Positions 1 through 10,563 of a DNA stretch of 49,990 nucleotides are shown piece after piece; positions within the stretch are counted from its first letter, which is position 1; each line of letters starts with the position of its first letter. A model generated the notes under the pieces. That model did not search any database and had not been told where the DNA came from. It saw nothing but the letters and a program-made list of their open reading frames with translations. The translations under genes were made by a program, and so were the position numbers. The stretch is from a virus. The stretch lies in the IMG/VR virus record IMGVR_UViG_3300009609_000007; one strand, given 5' to 3'.

Positions 1-123
1 AAAAGTCTAAACAACTCGAAGCCTCACAACGTAGAAAAGAACAAGCTCTGGAGCGTGAACGCAAACTAATTGAACAAATTCAGCAATTAAGAATTGACGT
101 TGAGCCTGACGAAGCTAAAAAGA
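1..123. repeat. Terminal direct repeat identical to 49868..49990 (circular-assembly overlap or terminal redundancy)
   Basis: Base-by-base comparison of the first and last 123 nt: identical. The match ends at base 49867 (g). Confidence 0.95.
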
Positions 124-1421
124 TTCAATTAAAAGCGGAAGTAGACCAAGCAAGCTTAAAAGATGTCGAAGTTGATTTGCGCGGCTTAAGTGAAATTGAA
201 AAATCGATTGCACAAAGAACCGCGGAGGCAATTATTCTTATCAACCTAAAAAAGAATCAGGATTTAGGCAAAATAAATTTAAAGTTCCAAGACGACTTAA
301 ATAAAAACCTTGAAGCGGCAACGGAAGATGAGCGCAAAGCAGCGGAACGCAGGTTAGAAATTGAATCACAAATCAACGAACGCTTAAAAGCTCGCAAGCT
401 TCAGAACCTACAAGAGTTAAACAATACGGAACTGATTGCCTTAAGGCAGATACTGGAAGAAGAAGCGCGATTAGAAATCGAAGCAGCAAACCAAAGTAAA
501 AAAACCGCAGAAGAAAAAGCCCTTGCGATATTAATTATCGAAGACGATTTAGTTGCTAATCTTAAAACGATAGACAGCCAAATAGCCGACAACTTCCGAG
601 AAGTGATGCAAGATGTGGTAGATGTCGCGACGTCTGTATTAGGGCAGGTAGATAATTTGTTAAAAGTGCAATCCGATAACCGAATTTCAGCATTGCAAGC
701 GGAACTCGATGCACTAACCGACCAGCAGGACATAGAGCTTCGACAGTTAGAAGACCAAAAATCTAAGAAACTAATTAGTGAGCAGGATTACAGGAAGCGT
801 TCCGATGAAATTGCCCAGCGTAAAATTGTTGCCGAGAAAAAGGTCGCAGATGCGGTTAAAGAAGAGAGGCGCAAAGAAGCCCAGCGCGAAAAACTGTTTT
901 CCATATTTAAAATAGGCTTAATACTTGCAGAAGCGATAGCGAGCTTAAATGTTGCTAAGGCAATCATAGCCGCAGCTGAATTAATTATTGTTACCGCAAC
1001 ACCTTTGCCATTTAAGCATGGCACTAAGGGCAGGAAAGACACCGGATTAGGCATTGTAGGTGAAGAGGGGCAAGAAATGATTCATATGCCCAAAGGAACT
1101 CAAGTTGTTCCAGCACCGCAAACCAAAAAGTACCGCACCATGGTTGATGCGATGATAGATAATAAAATGGAAGACCATATCATGGAATTTTACGTCTATC
1201 CCGCTTTAATTGCAGCGCAAACGAAACGCAAAGAGCAAGATTCAAAATCATTTGCTGATAACATAGTACAATCATTGAAGTTGAATAACAACCAAGACTT
1301 CTTGGATGAGTATGGCATGGGCAGAGCATTAAAAAAAGGAGTGTCGATAACAAACGTAGACGCTCTTGCTAAAGCTATCGCAAACCAGTTAAACAATTAC
1401 ATAGACCCACGTAGATTCTAA
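1..1421 (+). CDS. Tail tape measure protein, C-terminal part (same ORF as 48571..49990, about 905 aa after removing the overlap)
   Basis: Frame is open from base 3 with no upstream stop and is in phase with 48571..49990 through the overlap. Coiled-coil rich, with hydrophobic stretch IGLILAEAIASLNVAKAIIAAAELIIV. Precedes the tail genes. Confidence 0.8.
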   Translation, partial: KSKQLEASQRRKEQALERERKLIEQIQQLRIDVEPDEAKKIQLKAEVDQASLKDVEVDLRGLSEIEKSIAQRTAEAIILINLKKNQDLGKINLKFQDDLNKNLEAATEDERKAAERRLEIESQINERLKARKLQNLQELNNTELIALRQILEEEARLEIEAANQSKKTAEEKALAILIIEDDLVANLKTIDSQIADNFREVMQDVVDVATSVLGQVDNLLKVQSDNRISALQAELDALTDQQDIELRQLEDQKSKKLISEQDYRKRSDEIAQRKIVAEKKVADAVKEERRKEAQREKLFSIFKIGLILAEAIASLNVAKAIIAAAELIIVTATPLPFKHGTKGRKDTGLGIVGEEGQEMIHMPKGTQVVPAPQTKKYRTMVDAMIDNKMEDHIMEFYVYPALIAAQTKRKEQDSKSFADNIVQSLKLNNNQDFLDEYGMGRALKKGVSITNVDALAKAIANQLNNYIDPRRF

Positions 1422-1891
1422 TGGCCTGGACAATCACAGACAGCGGCAGGTATATAATATTCGATGACGGCATATTGCAGCACGTAGCGAAAAAGGTTTA
1501 TATTGAAACGGTAGTCAGCGGAGATATTGTTTCTATTTATTGGCACGTTCAAGAACTTGCTCGCATATCGCGCAGGCTATTGGAGATAGATTGGAACGAT
1601 GTGACCACACCAGTCGTGGTATCAGCAGCAGATTTAGAAACCAAAATACTTGCTATGGTAACGACCATTACAGGGCTGGTGATATTTTCTCAATTGACGT
1701 TGGTTTCGGGGGCGATAAATGGAATAAACACGGTCTTTCGCTGGTCGTCAGAACCATTGCAAATATTCTGGCAAGGGCAGAAGCTTGTTCACAATGCACT
1801 TGTAAATGGCTATACTTTATCGGGTACGGACAGCACACACACAGAAGCACCGATGACAGGAGATAATGTCGAAGCATACGGAAACATCTAA
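1421..1891 (+). CDS. Hypothetical tail protein (position of a distal tail protein)
   Basis: ATG overlaps the tape-measure stop (TAATG). 156-aa ORF. Function inferred from synteny only. Confidence 0.35.
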   Translation: MAWTITDSGRYIIFDDGILQHVAKKVYIETVVSGDIVSIYWHVQELARISRRLLEIDWNDVTTPVVVSAADLETKILAMVTTITGLVIFSQLTLVSGAINGINTVFRWSSEPLQIFWQGQKLVHNALVNGYTLSGTDSTHTEAPMTGDNVEAYGNI

Positions 1892-1901
1892 ATATAAAAA
1901 T

Positions 1902-3266
1902 ATGAAAAAAATAATCACATCAATTTTATTCTTGATATCGATTCAAGGGTATAGTCAATTCAATGCTTCGCAAATCAAGAAAGACGGAATAACGATTATC
2001 GGTAATGCGTTAAATCAACTATCTGTAGATACCACTAAGGTCGCTTCCGCATACGCCAACTCACTCAAACTAAATATTTCAGATACCGCTGCAATGCTGG
2101 TGAATTATTTAATTTACGGTGACACGGCATCAATGCTTACCAATTACATTCTTGCATCTGAGGTCACTACCTATACAGACGAAATGGCACAGGATGCCGT
2201 TGGCGGAATGGTTAATTCGAGTTTGACTTATACTGACGGCACTCCGTTGTTATCCATAGCCAGCGCCGACTTCGGAAACATAACTACGAGTACCAATGGA
2301 ACTGTTTGGACTATTGATGTCGGCTCCGTATTAAACACCATGTTAGCCAATAGTACCATTAGCGGAATAGCACTCGGTTCCAGCCTTGCGGATTTGACAG
2401 CTACGAATTCAACATTAACTTTTTCTGGAACATATAATGGCAGCGCGGCAAGGACAATAGGATTGAACTTGGGAGCGGCAAATACCTGGAGCGCGGACCA
2501 GTCTGTACCTGATGAGGCGTACGATGCTACAGGTTGGAACGGCTCTTTTGAAGTGCCTACCAAGAATGCGGTTCGTGATAAAATTGAAACGATGTCAGCA
2601 GGCGGTTTAACTATCGGCACAACAACAATAACCAGCGGAACAGACAAACAGCTTTTATTTAATAATGCAGGCGTCCTTGGTGAAATAACAAGGAATACGA
2701 CAGCGACAAATAAATTTTTAAGACAAGTGAGCTCAGGCACCGCTACATTTGAAGAGGTGGCAGACGCTGATTTATCGACTTCGGATATAACGACAAACAA
2801 TGTGACTACCGCCAAGCACGGGTTCCTACCAAAAGCACCTAACGATTCAATGCAATTTTATAGAGGCAATGCGGCATGGGATAGACCACAGGGATTGGTC
2901 GTTCTTATCGCGTCAAATGAAACGGATACATCCGGAACCACGACATCGCTGTTATCGAGACCGTTGACCACGCCCGATTTGACACCGTATTCACAGATAA
3001 TATTAGAAACCGAGGTCGGTCTTTCTGGAGTTGCCAATGCGACTAACGAAGTGTCTTTTGCTATTGAAGGAAACTTAGGAACAACGACCTTTCAAACTAT
3101 TAATCTAAAACAAGATGCTACTGGTGCAGGAGACCTTTGGAAACTTGCTGCAAGTCTTAAATGGTCGGGAGCTTCAAATGTCGCTCCATATTCTATCCAG
3201 GTTACCGTTGTGGCTGGATTAGGAACTTGGACAATTTATGGTTTTAGAATTTACGGAGTCTATTAA
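1902..3266 (+). CDS. Putative tail fibre / tail-associated protein with a signal-peptide-like N-terminus
   Basis: ATG at 1902 lies just after the upstream stop. N-terminus is MKKIITSILFLISIQGYSQ. The body is Thr/Ser/Asn/Gly-rich and fibre-like. Confidence 0.4.
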   Translation: MKKIITSILFLISIQGYSQFNASQIKKDGITIIGNALNQLSVDTTKVASAYANSLKLNISDTAAMLVNYLIYGDTASMLTNYILASEVTTYTDEMAQDAVGGMVNSSLTYTDGTPLLSIASADFGNITTSTNGTVWTIDVGSVLNTMLANSTISGIALGSSLADLTATNSTLTFSGTYNGSAARTIGLNLGAANTWSADQSVPDEAYDATGWNGSFEVPTKNAVRDKIETMSAGGLTIGTTTITSGTDKQLLFNNAGVLGEITRNTTATNKFLRQVSSGTATFEEVADADLSTSDITTNNVTTAKHGFLPKAPNDSMQFYRGNAAWDRPQGLVVLIASNETDTSGTTTSLLSRPLTTPDLTPYSQIILETEVGLSGVANATNEVSFAIEGNLGTTTFQTINLKQDATGAGDLWKLAASLKWSGASNVAPYSIQVTVVAGLGTWTIYGFRIYGVY

Positions 3267-3267
3267 A

Positions 3268-5223
3268 ATGGCATATCGATTTACCATAGACGGAAGCATA
3301 GTTAATGAAGTCGGCAACATTGTCGGTTGGGAAGGGATTGTGTCTACATTGGAACGCGATGCGAGCACGTTGAAAGGATTGTTAGTTTCATTAGATGTCA
3401 CGTTGACTTTTGTTGGTGACATGTACCGTTATTTTTATAATAAATTTTATGGCACCGGAATCTGCGATGAGACGGATATTGTTATTGAATGGATTGAACC
3501 TGACGGAGTTGTGATTACAAGAATTTTTCAGGGCAAGATTTTAAACGCTTCAATAAAATTAAGTGAATTACACGGAGAGGCAAAGTGCAAATTAATAGAC
3601 GATTCTTTTTATGCCAGGATAAATAATAACAAATCCATATCCACGGTCCCCAATGCGGGCAGGTCAAAGAACGATATTTCGATAACTAAGGCGCCGGTGT
3701 ATCATGTAGATATGTTTAGGTGCGATACCGGGGCATTTGTTGACGAAGCGCCTTCGTTTTTCTTGTATGATGTATTTCGTTATTTAGTAGATTTTATGAG
3801 TGACGGAGAAGTTGGGTTTGCAAGTAATTTTCTTCTCAACGATTTACAAATTATGGTCACCAACGGTTATGCTATACGAACAGGCGGCCTATCAACGCCA
3901 AATTGGGCAACTTCGTTTGAGCGTATGTTTAAAAACCTTTATCGTACCCGTAAATGCAGTTTCGCAATCGAGTACGATATAAACTACAAACCAATTTTAA
4001 GAATAGAGGAAGACGCTTATTGGTACAGCACTACCCAGGTAATGACATTTACAGACCCGATAGCCTTTATTGCCTCAATAAAAGAAACGGAATTATACGG
4101 CAAGGTTAAATTCGGGAGTCAAACCATCGCAGACTTCACTTACCTGTCATGGTTAGAGAATGTTCGTTTTAATGGTTTTAAGGAGGAAGAAATGCACATT
4201 TTGGGTCAATGTAATATAGACAACACGTTAGACCTTGTTCGAGATGTTGTATTGAGCAGCAATGTAATCGAGGACAGTTTAGTTCAAAACAATCCGGATT
4301 GGGACGATGAATTGTGTTGGATAGAAGTTGAGAATCTAAATATCGGAGCATTGACCGCCGATGCCAAAATGTCTAACCCATACGGAGCCACGCCACCGCA
4401 GTTTTATAACATGGGCTTAATAAATTCCAAAAGTGCATTGAGCCACTTCGCTACATTCCAAGGCTCCATTGCAAGTTTTATAAATATTTTGAGCAATGAT
4501 TTTCAGGGTAACATAACCGCGTCCAAGCAATGGTCGGATATTACAGTACCGCCTATTCCGCTGGGTGGCACACCACTTGCCTTTGACCCTCTTGTTTATA
4601 ATACTGAAATAGACTTCGGAGGAAACTTTGATTTGGCGACATATACCTGTCCTGAAGTCGGCTTCTATACATTTGGATTCACGGTCAGGTATAACGTGTC
4701 GGGTTTATACAGCGGAATTAATTCAATGGAGGTTTGGTTTATTATAGATAACTTTCTCGGTCAACCGGCAATACAGCTTTATAACGTCCACAATACTTCG
4801 CTACCATTAGGGAATGGTAATTTTGTATTTACTATGTCAGGTCAATTTTACGCACCTGCGCCAGGCGCTCTTGTTCGGTCAATACTTCAATTAAGATTAA
4901 CAGGCACCTTTACACAACCTGTCCACCAAATATTTACGTTGAAGCCCGATACAAGATTTTTTGCATTTCAGACACCAACCTCCGGAGGTCTTTATGCTGA
5001 TTATGACCCAGCAGATGTAAAGCTGGTTCAAATGCAATTAGATTATCCATTAACTTTGCAGGAGTTCCAAACCATCAAAAATAACACTCGCGGATTGTAC
5101 GCTGTTGCTTTAACTCAAGCAAGAAACAGGTTATACAAAGGATGGATTGACAAAATCAAATACAATCACAAAGAGCAGATGGCAAACATAATTCTAAAAT
5201 CATCATTCAATGTCGCTGATTAA
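3268..5223 (+). CDS. Large tail/baseplate protein (function unknown)
   Basis: ATG at 3268, 1 nt after the upstream stop. 651-aa ORF within the tail module. Confidence 0.4.
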   Translation: MAYRFTIDGSIVNEVGNIVGWEGIVSTLERDASTLKGLLVSLDVTLTFVGDMYRYFYNKFYGTGICDETDIVIEWIEPDGVVITRIFQGKILNASIKLSELHGEAKCKLIDDSFYARINNNKSISTVPNAGRSKNDISITKAPVYHVDMFRCDTGAFVDEAPSFFLYDVFRYLVDFMSDGEVGFASNFLLNDLQIMVTNGYAIRTGGLSTPNWATSFERMFKNLYRTRKCSFAIEYDINYKPILRIEEDAYWYSTTQVMTFTDPIAFIASIKETELYGKVKFGSQTIADFTYLSWLENVRFNGFKEEEMHILGQCNIDNTLDLVRDVVLSSNVIEDSLVQNNPDWDDELCWIEVENLNIGALTADAKMSNPYGATPPQFYNMGLINSKSALSHFATFQGSIASFINILSNDFQGNITASKQWSDITVPPIPLGGTPLAFDPLVYNTEIDFGGNFDLATYTCPEVGFYTFGFTVRYNVSGLYSGINSMEVWFIIDNFLGQPAIQLYNVHNTSLPLGNGNFVFTMSGQFYAPAPGALVRSILQLRLTGTFTQPVHQIFTLKPDTRFFAFQTPTSGGLYADYDPADVKLVQMQLDYPLTLQEFQTIKNNTRGLYAVALTQARNRLYKGWIDKIKYNHKEQMANIILKSSFNVAD

Positions 5224-7627
5224 TATACCATATCAACCCTTAGGATTTACGCCTAACAAAAGACCAACCTCAGAGGACTGCGGATGTGATGAGCGTACAT
5301 ATTGCGCGATGGCTCAACCGGACGACCCTTTGTGTATGCAATTTAAGCAAACGCCTTGCGAGCCAAGTATTGCTTGTGATGGAAATTTTCTTGCTATTGA
5401 ATCCGACCAGGAATCTATTGTCGACCCCGAGTTTGATGATGCGGGCGGTAATTTTATTAGTAACTCAGATTTCGGCAATACTTCTTTTTGGGTCACACAA
5501 CCTTCGTGGTCTATTGCTGCTGGCGTGGCAACTAAGGTTGCTTCGGCTGGTGATGAAACGATGACGCAAACAATAACGCCCACGGTTGTCAATGCAATGT
5601 ATAAGATTATCTTTACGATAAGCAATTATGTGGCGGGCGCCATGAGGGTGAAATTTGTTTCGGGTTCGCAGCAACAATTTAGCTCTTTAATATCGGGCAA
5701 CGGAACCTATACTGTTTATTTAAAATCAACACGAAGCTCGGACAATGTTGGCGTTGCCTATACGACATTTTCAATTATCGGCAACGCTGCTTTCGCTGCT
5801 GACATCGACAATGTAACCTGCCAACGTATGGCAATCACGTGGAATTTCGGAGCATATTCAAGTCTTTATGGTTCTTGGCGATTAAATGAAACTTCGGGTT
5901 GGGCGGAGGCATTCGGAGGCGCGATATCTAATGGCGTTATGGCACAGATAGGCGGAGTGGTGCCAAATTCAAGCTATAATTTAAAAGTTACTTTCGAAGC
6001 CAGCGCCGACGGTGACATTCAATTCAATGTAGGCGGTTCGTTGATAGCAATAAATGTCTTTGGTGCGAGCACGCAAAACATCCTAATAACCTCTGGAGCG
6101 GGAACGGATTTCTCAATGAAAGGAATAACTGTCAACGGATTTGTTGGAGAGATTAGCGAAGTGAAATTAATTTTATTACAAACAGACTGCTGGACATTTG
6201 ACGCTGATGAATGGACAATAGGTATTTCTTCACTATGCAAAATTCCTGGTGTTGCGGATACATTAACTAATTCCATTCAGTTAGATGCCGGAGAATTATA
6301 TCAAATAGAATTCACTATCTCGGGCAGAGGTATCGGAAAGATAACAGCGATAGTTGACGGCATACCTCTGGTCGAGGCAGACGAAAACAAGACCTATAAA
6401 ATATTCACTACGCCAACAAATAACAGCCTATTGTCTTTTTATGCTGATGCTGACTTTGACGGATGCATCAGCGGAGTTTATATTTATTTGCTCAAGCAAG
6501 ATTATAAAATCGAACTTCGTAATTCCGATGGAGATTTTATTCTTGATTTGCCTTCCAGTGCATTTAATTACTTCGAGGACTTTGTAACCGTATGCTTTCG
6601 TTTCGAGACACTTCGTGATGAGTTTGATGAGAAGGTGCCTTACGGATGTTACCAACTTTATGTTTATGATTTTTGCGCCATTCAATTTCAAGAAATTATT
6701 ACAGACGGAGAGTTTGTAAATATTCTTGGAGCGTATTGGGTTCAGTTCATAACCGATATTAATTTATATATCAGTATCGTAGCAGAAGAATTAACTGCCG
6801 AAAATGTAGCTGCGTCAACATCCACTATTGATTTAAAAAATTATTGGAACGGAAGTTCAAACGACATCAACAATCCATTGCAAGTTCCTGAAGGTCCTCA
6901 TAACTATAAAATCGAATACGATGTAATATCTAACGCAGACCCGGCTAATATAATTATGGAAGTATTGTTAGGAATGACAGTCGGTGCGGTAAGTTATCCC
7001 GCAACCGTAGGGCATCACATCGTGTTTTTGAATGATGCGGCACCAGACCCAATGTCAGACCCTCCGCCTCAATACTTTGGGGTACGGTTTAAATTCAATT
7101 CAAGTGTTGTTGGCAAAATAGTTGTAGATAATATATCTGTGAAACGGGTAGAACCCTTTGAAGCTGCCTTTATTTCGAGATGTATAAGATACAAAGAATC
7201 TTTTCCATGTACTTCATTTATAACGGCAACGAATACGGATGACGCTTTTGGATTCAATTTCTTTGACACCGGATTCGCATTGCAGCAACGGCTACCGGTC
7301 AAGGGAATCAATCCAACTTATCCGCAAGACTCCAGCGATTATTTATTTAGCGAAGGAAGCAAGCGTAAAAACTTCAGCCAGTCAGAAAAAGTTTGGATAC
7401 TTGTTATTGCAGAGGTGCCAGAATGGTTACATGACGCCATACGGTTAATGAGAGCGTCACAGACGTTCCGTATAGGCGAACCCAGCACTAACACCTTTAC
7501 GGATTACTTCTGCCCGCAGGGCGATTACATACCAGAGTGGAAGAAGACAGGCCAATTAGATTTAGCCGCTGTAAGATTTGAAATTCAATTAGCAGATACC
7601 GATGTTAAATTTATGAGAAACATCTAA
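5210..7627 (+). CDS. Tail fibre / receptor-binding protein with three similar jelly-roll-like segments
   Basis: 805-aa ORF. Three segments share a W...Y.I.F(T/E)(I/A)S...G pattern (FWVTQPSW...YKIIFTISNY; WRLNETSGW...YNLKVTFEAS; WTIGISS...YQIEFTISGR). Cys-rich N-terminus. Confidence 0.45.
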   Translation: MSLINIPYQPLGFTPNKRPTSEDCGCDERTYCAMAQPDDPLCMQFKQTPCEPSIACDGNFLAIESDQESIVDPEFDDAGGNFISNSDFGNTSFWVTQPSWSIAAGVATKVASAGDETMTQTITPTVVNAMYKIIFTISNYVAGAMRVKFVSGSQQQFSSLISGNGTYTVYLKSTRSSDNVGVAYTTFSIIGNAAFAADIDNVTCQRMAITWNFGAYSSLYGSWRLNETSGWAEAFGGAISNGVMAQIGGVVPNSSYNLKVTFEASADGDIQFNVGGSLIAINVFGASTQNILITSGAGTDFSMKGITVNGFVGEISEVKLILLQTDCWTFDADEWTIGISSLCKIPGVADTLTNSIQLDAGELYQIEFTISGRGIGKITAIVDGIPLVEADENKTYKIFTTPTNNSLLSFYADADFDGCISGVYIYLLKQDYKIELRNSDGDFILDLPSSAFNYFEDFVTVCFRFETLRDEFDEKVPYGCYQLYVYDFCAIQFQEIITDGEFVNILGAYWVQFITDINLYISIVAEELTAENVAASTSTIDLKNYWNGSSNDINNPLQVPEGPHNYKIEYDVISNADPANIIMEVLLGMTVGAVSYPATVGHHIVFLNDAAPDPMSDPPPQYFGVRFKFNSSVVGKIVVDNISVKRVEPFEAAFISRCIRYKESFPCTSFITATNTDDAFGFNFFDTGFALQQRLPVKGINPTYPQDSSDYLFSEGSKRKNFSQSEKVWILVIAEVPEWLHDAIRLMRASQTFRIGEPSTNTFTDYFCPQGDYIPEWKKTGQLDLAAVRFEIQLADTDVKFMRNI

Positions 7628-7638
7628 AAAAATATTTA

Positions 7639-7646
7639 TAACTTTG
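7639..7646 (+). promoter_or_regulatory. Bacteroidetes-type -7 promoter box TAACTTTG(C)
   Basis: Perfect TAnnTTTG in the gap between 7627 and the next gene. Confidence 0.5.
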
Positions 7647-7719
7647 CGAAGTCGCTACGGTGCCACGCCGAACCAAGGCATTAAAATATGGTTCAAGCCC
7701 TACATTAGCCAAAAACATC

Positions 7720-8283
7720 ATGGCAAATTGCCTCAATTACAACTGCGAAAACCTGGGTGACCACGAAATTAGTATAGTAAATTGTGGAGCACCAATCGCT
7801 TCTGGATTTTCCAATGCAATCATTCTTGAATGTGACCATCAGGTTACGGACGCGAGCGATGCAACACAGGTTCAGGCAGAAATTGATGCTGGCAGGGCGA
7901 AGCTGGTCAAAAACATTAAGGCGGGAATAAACAAAGCCTCTGCCGAACAAACTGACCCGACTACATCTTGCGGTGTTGAGAATTTAACCACGTACAACCG
8001 TGCGGGTATTTTCAAGGACTTCAATGTGTCAGAAAACAATATCGATTTTTACAATCGATTAGCATCGGGAAGAAGTATAGGCGGGCTTATTTTGTTTGAG
8101 TGCGAAACGGACGGCTATCCTGAAAAAGTAACTTTCATTGACAAAGAAATTCGCTTCACAGGTGACCGTGTCGTAGCAGACACAAACAAAACGCCACAGG
8201 TGTTTGATATGGACTTTGCATGGAAATCCTTGCAAATGCCCACCCAGCACGATGCCCCGCCAGGCATTATTGATAACAACTAA
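7720..8283 (+). CDS. Hypothetical structural protein with its own promoter and a weak downstream hairpin (possibly an abundant virion protein)
   Basis: First in-frame ATG at 7720; the track start at 7660 is GTG. Preceded by the -7 box and followed by a hairpin at 8291-8306. Confidence 0.3.
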   Translation: MANCLNYNCENLGDHEISIVNCGAPIASGFSNAIILECDHQVTDASDATQVQAEIDAGRAKLVKNIKAGINKASAEQTDPTTSCGVENLTTYNRAGIFKDFNVSENNIDFYNRLASGRSIGGLILFECETDGYPEKVTFIDKEIRFTGDRVVADTNKTPQVFDMDFAWKSLQMPTQHDAPPGIIDNN

Positions 8284-8290
8284 AAGACGC

Positions 8291-8315
8291 CAGCCCCGTA
8301 AGGCTGACACCTTTT
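8291..8315 (+). terminator. Weak hairpin plus short T-run
   Basis: cagcc-ccgtaa-ggctg followed by acaccTTTT. The stem is only 5 bp. Confidence 0.25.
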
Positions 8316-8334
8316 AGGTTTAACTTAACCTAAA

Positions 8335-10563
8335 TTGAAAACAAAAGGAATTTTTTTAATTGCGTTTGGCGACAAGGCGTATGTTTATATGGCATACAAC
8401 CTTGCTTTTTCTATAAAACATTTCAATCCTAATTTACGAATAGGACTAATGCACGATGACAACATTCGATATCTTCAAGCATACGAAAAAACGGTGTTTG
8501 ATGATTTTTACGAACTGCCTCAAGACTTGCTATGGAAAGAAGGACGGTTAGACCCCGCAAACATTAAAATCAATTTATATGACTTAATACCTTATGACGA
8601 AACATTGTACCTGGATGTGGACGCGGTTGTTACGCAAGACATCAGCCGGATATTTGAGGAGCAGACGGGCAATTATTACATTCATATACTGGACGAGACG
8701 ACATTAGAAAAGGGTCGCGATTTTCCAAATATGATTTGGGCGTGGATGGACGATGTTTACGAACACTTTAATCTTAAACCTGAAACTAAATTTCCTGCCA
8801 CCAATTCAAGCATACAGTTAATCCGTAAGGGCGAATACTGCGAACACTTTTTCGCACGGCTTAAAGAAAATTATAATAACCCGCTTCCGCTTAATAAACT
8901 TCGCTCAACATGGGGGCAATCGCAGCCCGACGAGTTATATATCAACGTAACCTTAGCGCAGATGGGCTACGAACGCCTTAAACAGTATATCTTCTTTGGG
9001 CATACGTTCGCAAAGCAAAAAGACGCAGAGCTTCTTAAAGAGTATCTAATACTGTCAATCTATGGGGGGTGGGGTGTTACCCGTCTTCGTTATGTTGAAC
9101 TCTACGACAGGCTCTTGGGCAGGAATTATTTCAGGGCTCATAAGATGAACTACATACACCGCTCAAATAACCTTATCCGCCCAAAGCATTCAAATAAATC
9201 TTCTAAGCCTGCCAAGAAAGAAGTAGTAAGTGAGATTAAAAAGCTGGGTCGTGATGATAACGCAAAGACAGGCGAGCAGATAACTTTATTTACCACCTAT
9301 TACAAGGACGAAAAAGAATCGCGCAATAAAGAATATCTAAACTGCCTTCAAGCAAACATATCTAATCCGGAAATTGACAGGATTGTCATTATTTGCGAAT
9401 CAGATTTGCCTGTCAAGCATAAAAAGGTGACCGAGATTCCAAGCGACCACAGACCAACCTTCAAAGATATTTTCAGGCTAACAGGTGATGGAATAAATAT
9501 CGTTACCAATGCCGACATCTTTTTTGAGTCATCACATTGTAATTATATTAAGCAGCTAAATTTCGATAATTTATTTCTTGGTTTGTCGCGTTGGGATAGG
9601 CGCCACGGCAAGGATATTTTATTTAATTACGGCTTAAGCCAAGACGTTTGGATATTTAAGGGCAAGTATAAAGATGACACCCACGGAGATTACACCTTCG
9701 GAAGTCCTGGCTGCGACAATCGTATTGCATACGAAGCAGGCAAAGCGTACGGTAAGATAATTAACCCTGCAAAGACAATTAAGTCAATTCACTTGCACGA
9801 GTCCAACGTCAGGAACTATACACAAGACAACCGAGTGGTTGGTGATTACCGAGAATTGCCGCCCGTAATTTTATCTGAAACTTTATTTAAGCCCAGGTTA
9901 ATGATAATCCAAAAAGGCAAGGTGGGCGATGTGTTGGTTTTACTTCCGGCCATTAAGGAACTATCGAAAACCCATGTCGTTGATTGGTTGCTGCCAGAAC
10001 AGTACCACACCATGTTCCAATATATCAATTACTGCAAGCCGATTGAAAAAACGATAGCACAATATGAAAAGAAAATTGATTTAAGTTTTGGGCAGGGCGG
10101 GCAACCTGAAGCATGGTGGCAAAAAAATAAAACCAGGTTTAATTCTTTTGTAGAAGCGAAATATGAATTGCTTTGCATGGATGTTCAGATTAAGAAAAAC
10201 TTACTGGAATGGAACCGAAATAAAGAACGCGAAGAGGAGTTGTTTGCTAAAGTCGTAACAACGGAACCTTATGCTTTAGTGCATTGCGAATCGGATTATG
10301 GAGGAGCTATTGAACCAGAAACAGAATTGCCTATCGTCTTGTTCCAGCCTACGGGCAACCATACGGTTTTTGATTGGCTCAAAGTTGTAGAAAACGCTGC
10401 GGAGATTCATTGCATTGATTCTTCTTTGTGCAATTTCACAGACATGGTTAAGACTACCGGCAAATTATTTTATTATCCTAACGGCAAAGTGCCAAGTCAA
10501 TACGACCGTACCCTGCTTTCAAAAACGTGGAAAGAATGCGACTCGCAAAAGATATTTGCCTAA
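8335..10563 (+). CDS. Three-domain glycosyltransferase fusion (GT8-like N-terminus, central nucleotide-sugar-transferase-like domain, GT9/heptosyltransferase-like C-terminus)
   Basis: N-terminus: IFLIAFGDKAY...LYLDVDAVV (DxD). Middle: ITLFTTYY...IVIICESD...TNADIFF. C-terminus: RLMIIQKGKVGDVLVLLPAIKEL. TTG start at 8335 (in-frame stop at 8326); next ATG at 8389. Confidence 0.5.
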   Translation: MKTKGIFLIAFGDKAYVYMAYNLAFSIKHFNPNLRIGLMHDDNIRYLQAYEKTVFDDFYELPQDLLWKEGRLDPANIKINLYDLIPYDETLYLDVDAVVTQDISRIFEEQTGNYYIHILDETTLEKGRDFPNMIWAWMDDVYEHFNLKPETKFPATNSSIQLIRKGEYCEHFFARLKENYNNPLPLNKLRSTWGQSQPDELYINVTLAQMGYERLKQYIFFGHTFAKQKDAELLKEYLILSIYGGWGVTRLRYVELYDRLLGRNYFRAHKMNYIHRSNNLIRPKHSNKSSKPAKKEVVSEIKKLGRDDNAKTGEQITLFTTYYKDEKESRNKEYLNCLQANISNPEIDRIVIICESDLPVKHKKVTEIPSDHRPTFKDIFRLTGDGINIVTNADIFFESSHCNYIKQLNFDNLFLGLSRWDRRHGKDILFNYGLSQDVWIFKGKYKDDTHGDYTFGSPGCDNRIAYEAGKAYGKIINPAKTIKSIHLHESNVRNYTQDNRVVGDYRELPPVILSETLFKPRLMIIQKGKVGDVLVLLPAIKELSKTHVVDWLLPEQYHTMFQYINYCKPIEKTIAQYEKKIDLSFGQGGQPEAWWQKNKTRFNSFVEAKYELLCMDVQIKKNLLEWNRNKEREEELFAKVVTTEPYALVHCESDYGGAIEPETELPIVLFQPTGNHTVFDWLKVVENAAEIHCIDSSLCNFTDMVKTTGKLFYYPNGKVPSQYDRTLLSKTWKECDSQKIFA

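Noticed and set aside
1540-1866. Alternative-frame ORFs nested in longer genes (1540..1866, 3800..3982, 5286..5564, 6354..6587, 7239..7448, 11605..11808, 12468..12707, 15656..15862, 24115..24306, 33001..33237, 44222..44449, 45193..45444)
   Set aside because: They are fully embedded in longer ORFs that carry recognisable motifs or module context. Their compositions are Arg/Ser/Leu-rich and typical of off-frame translation.
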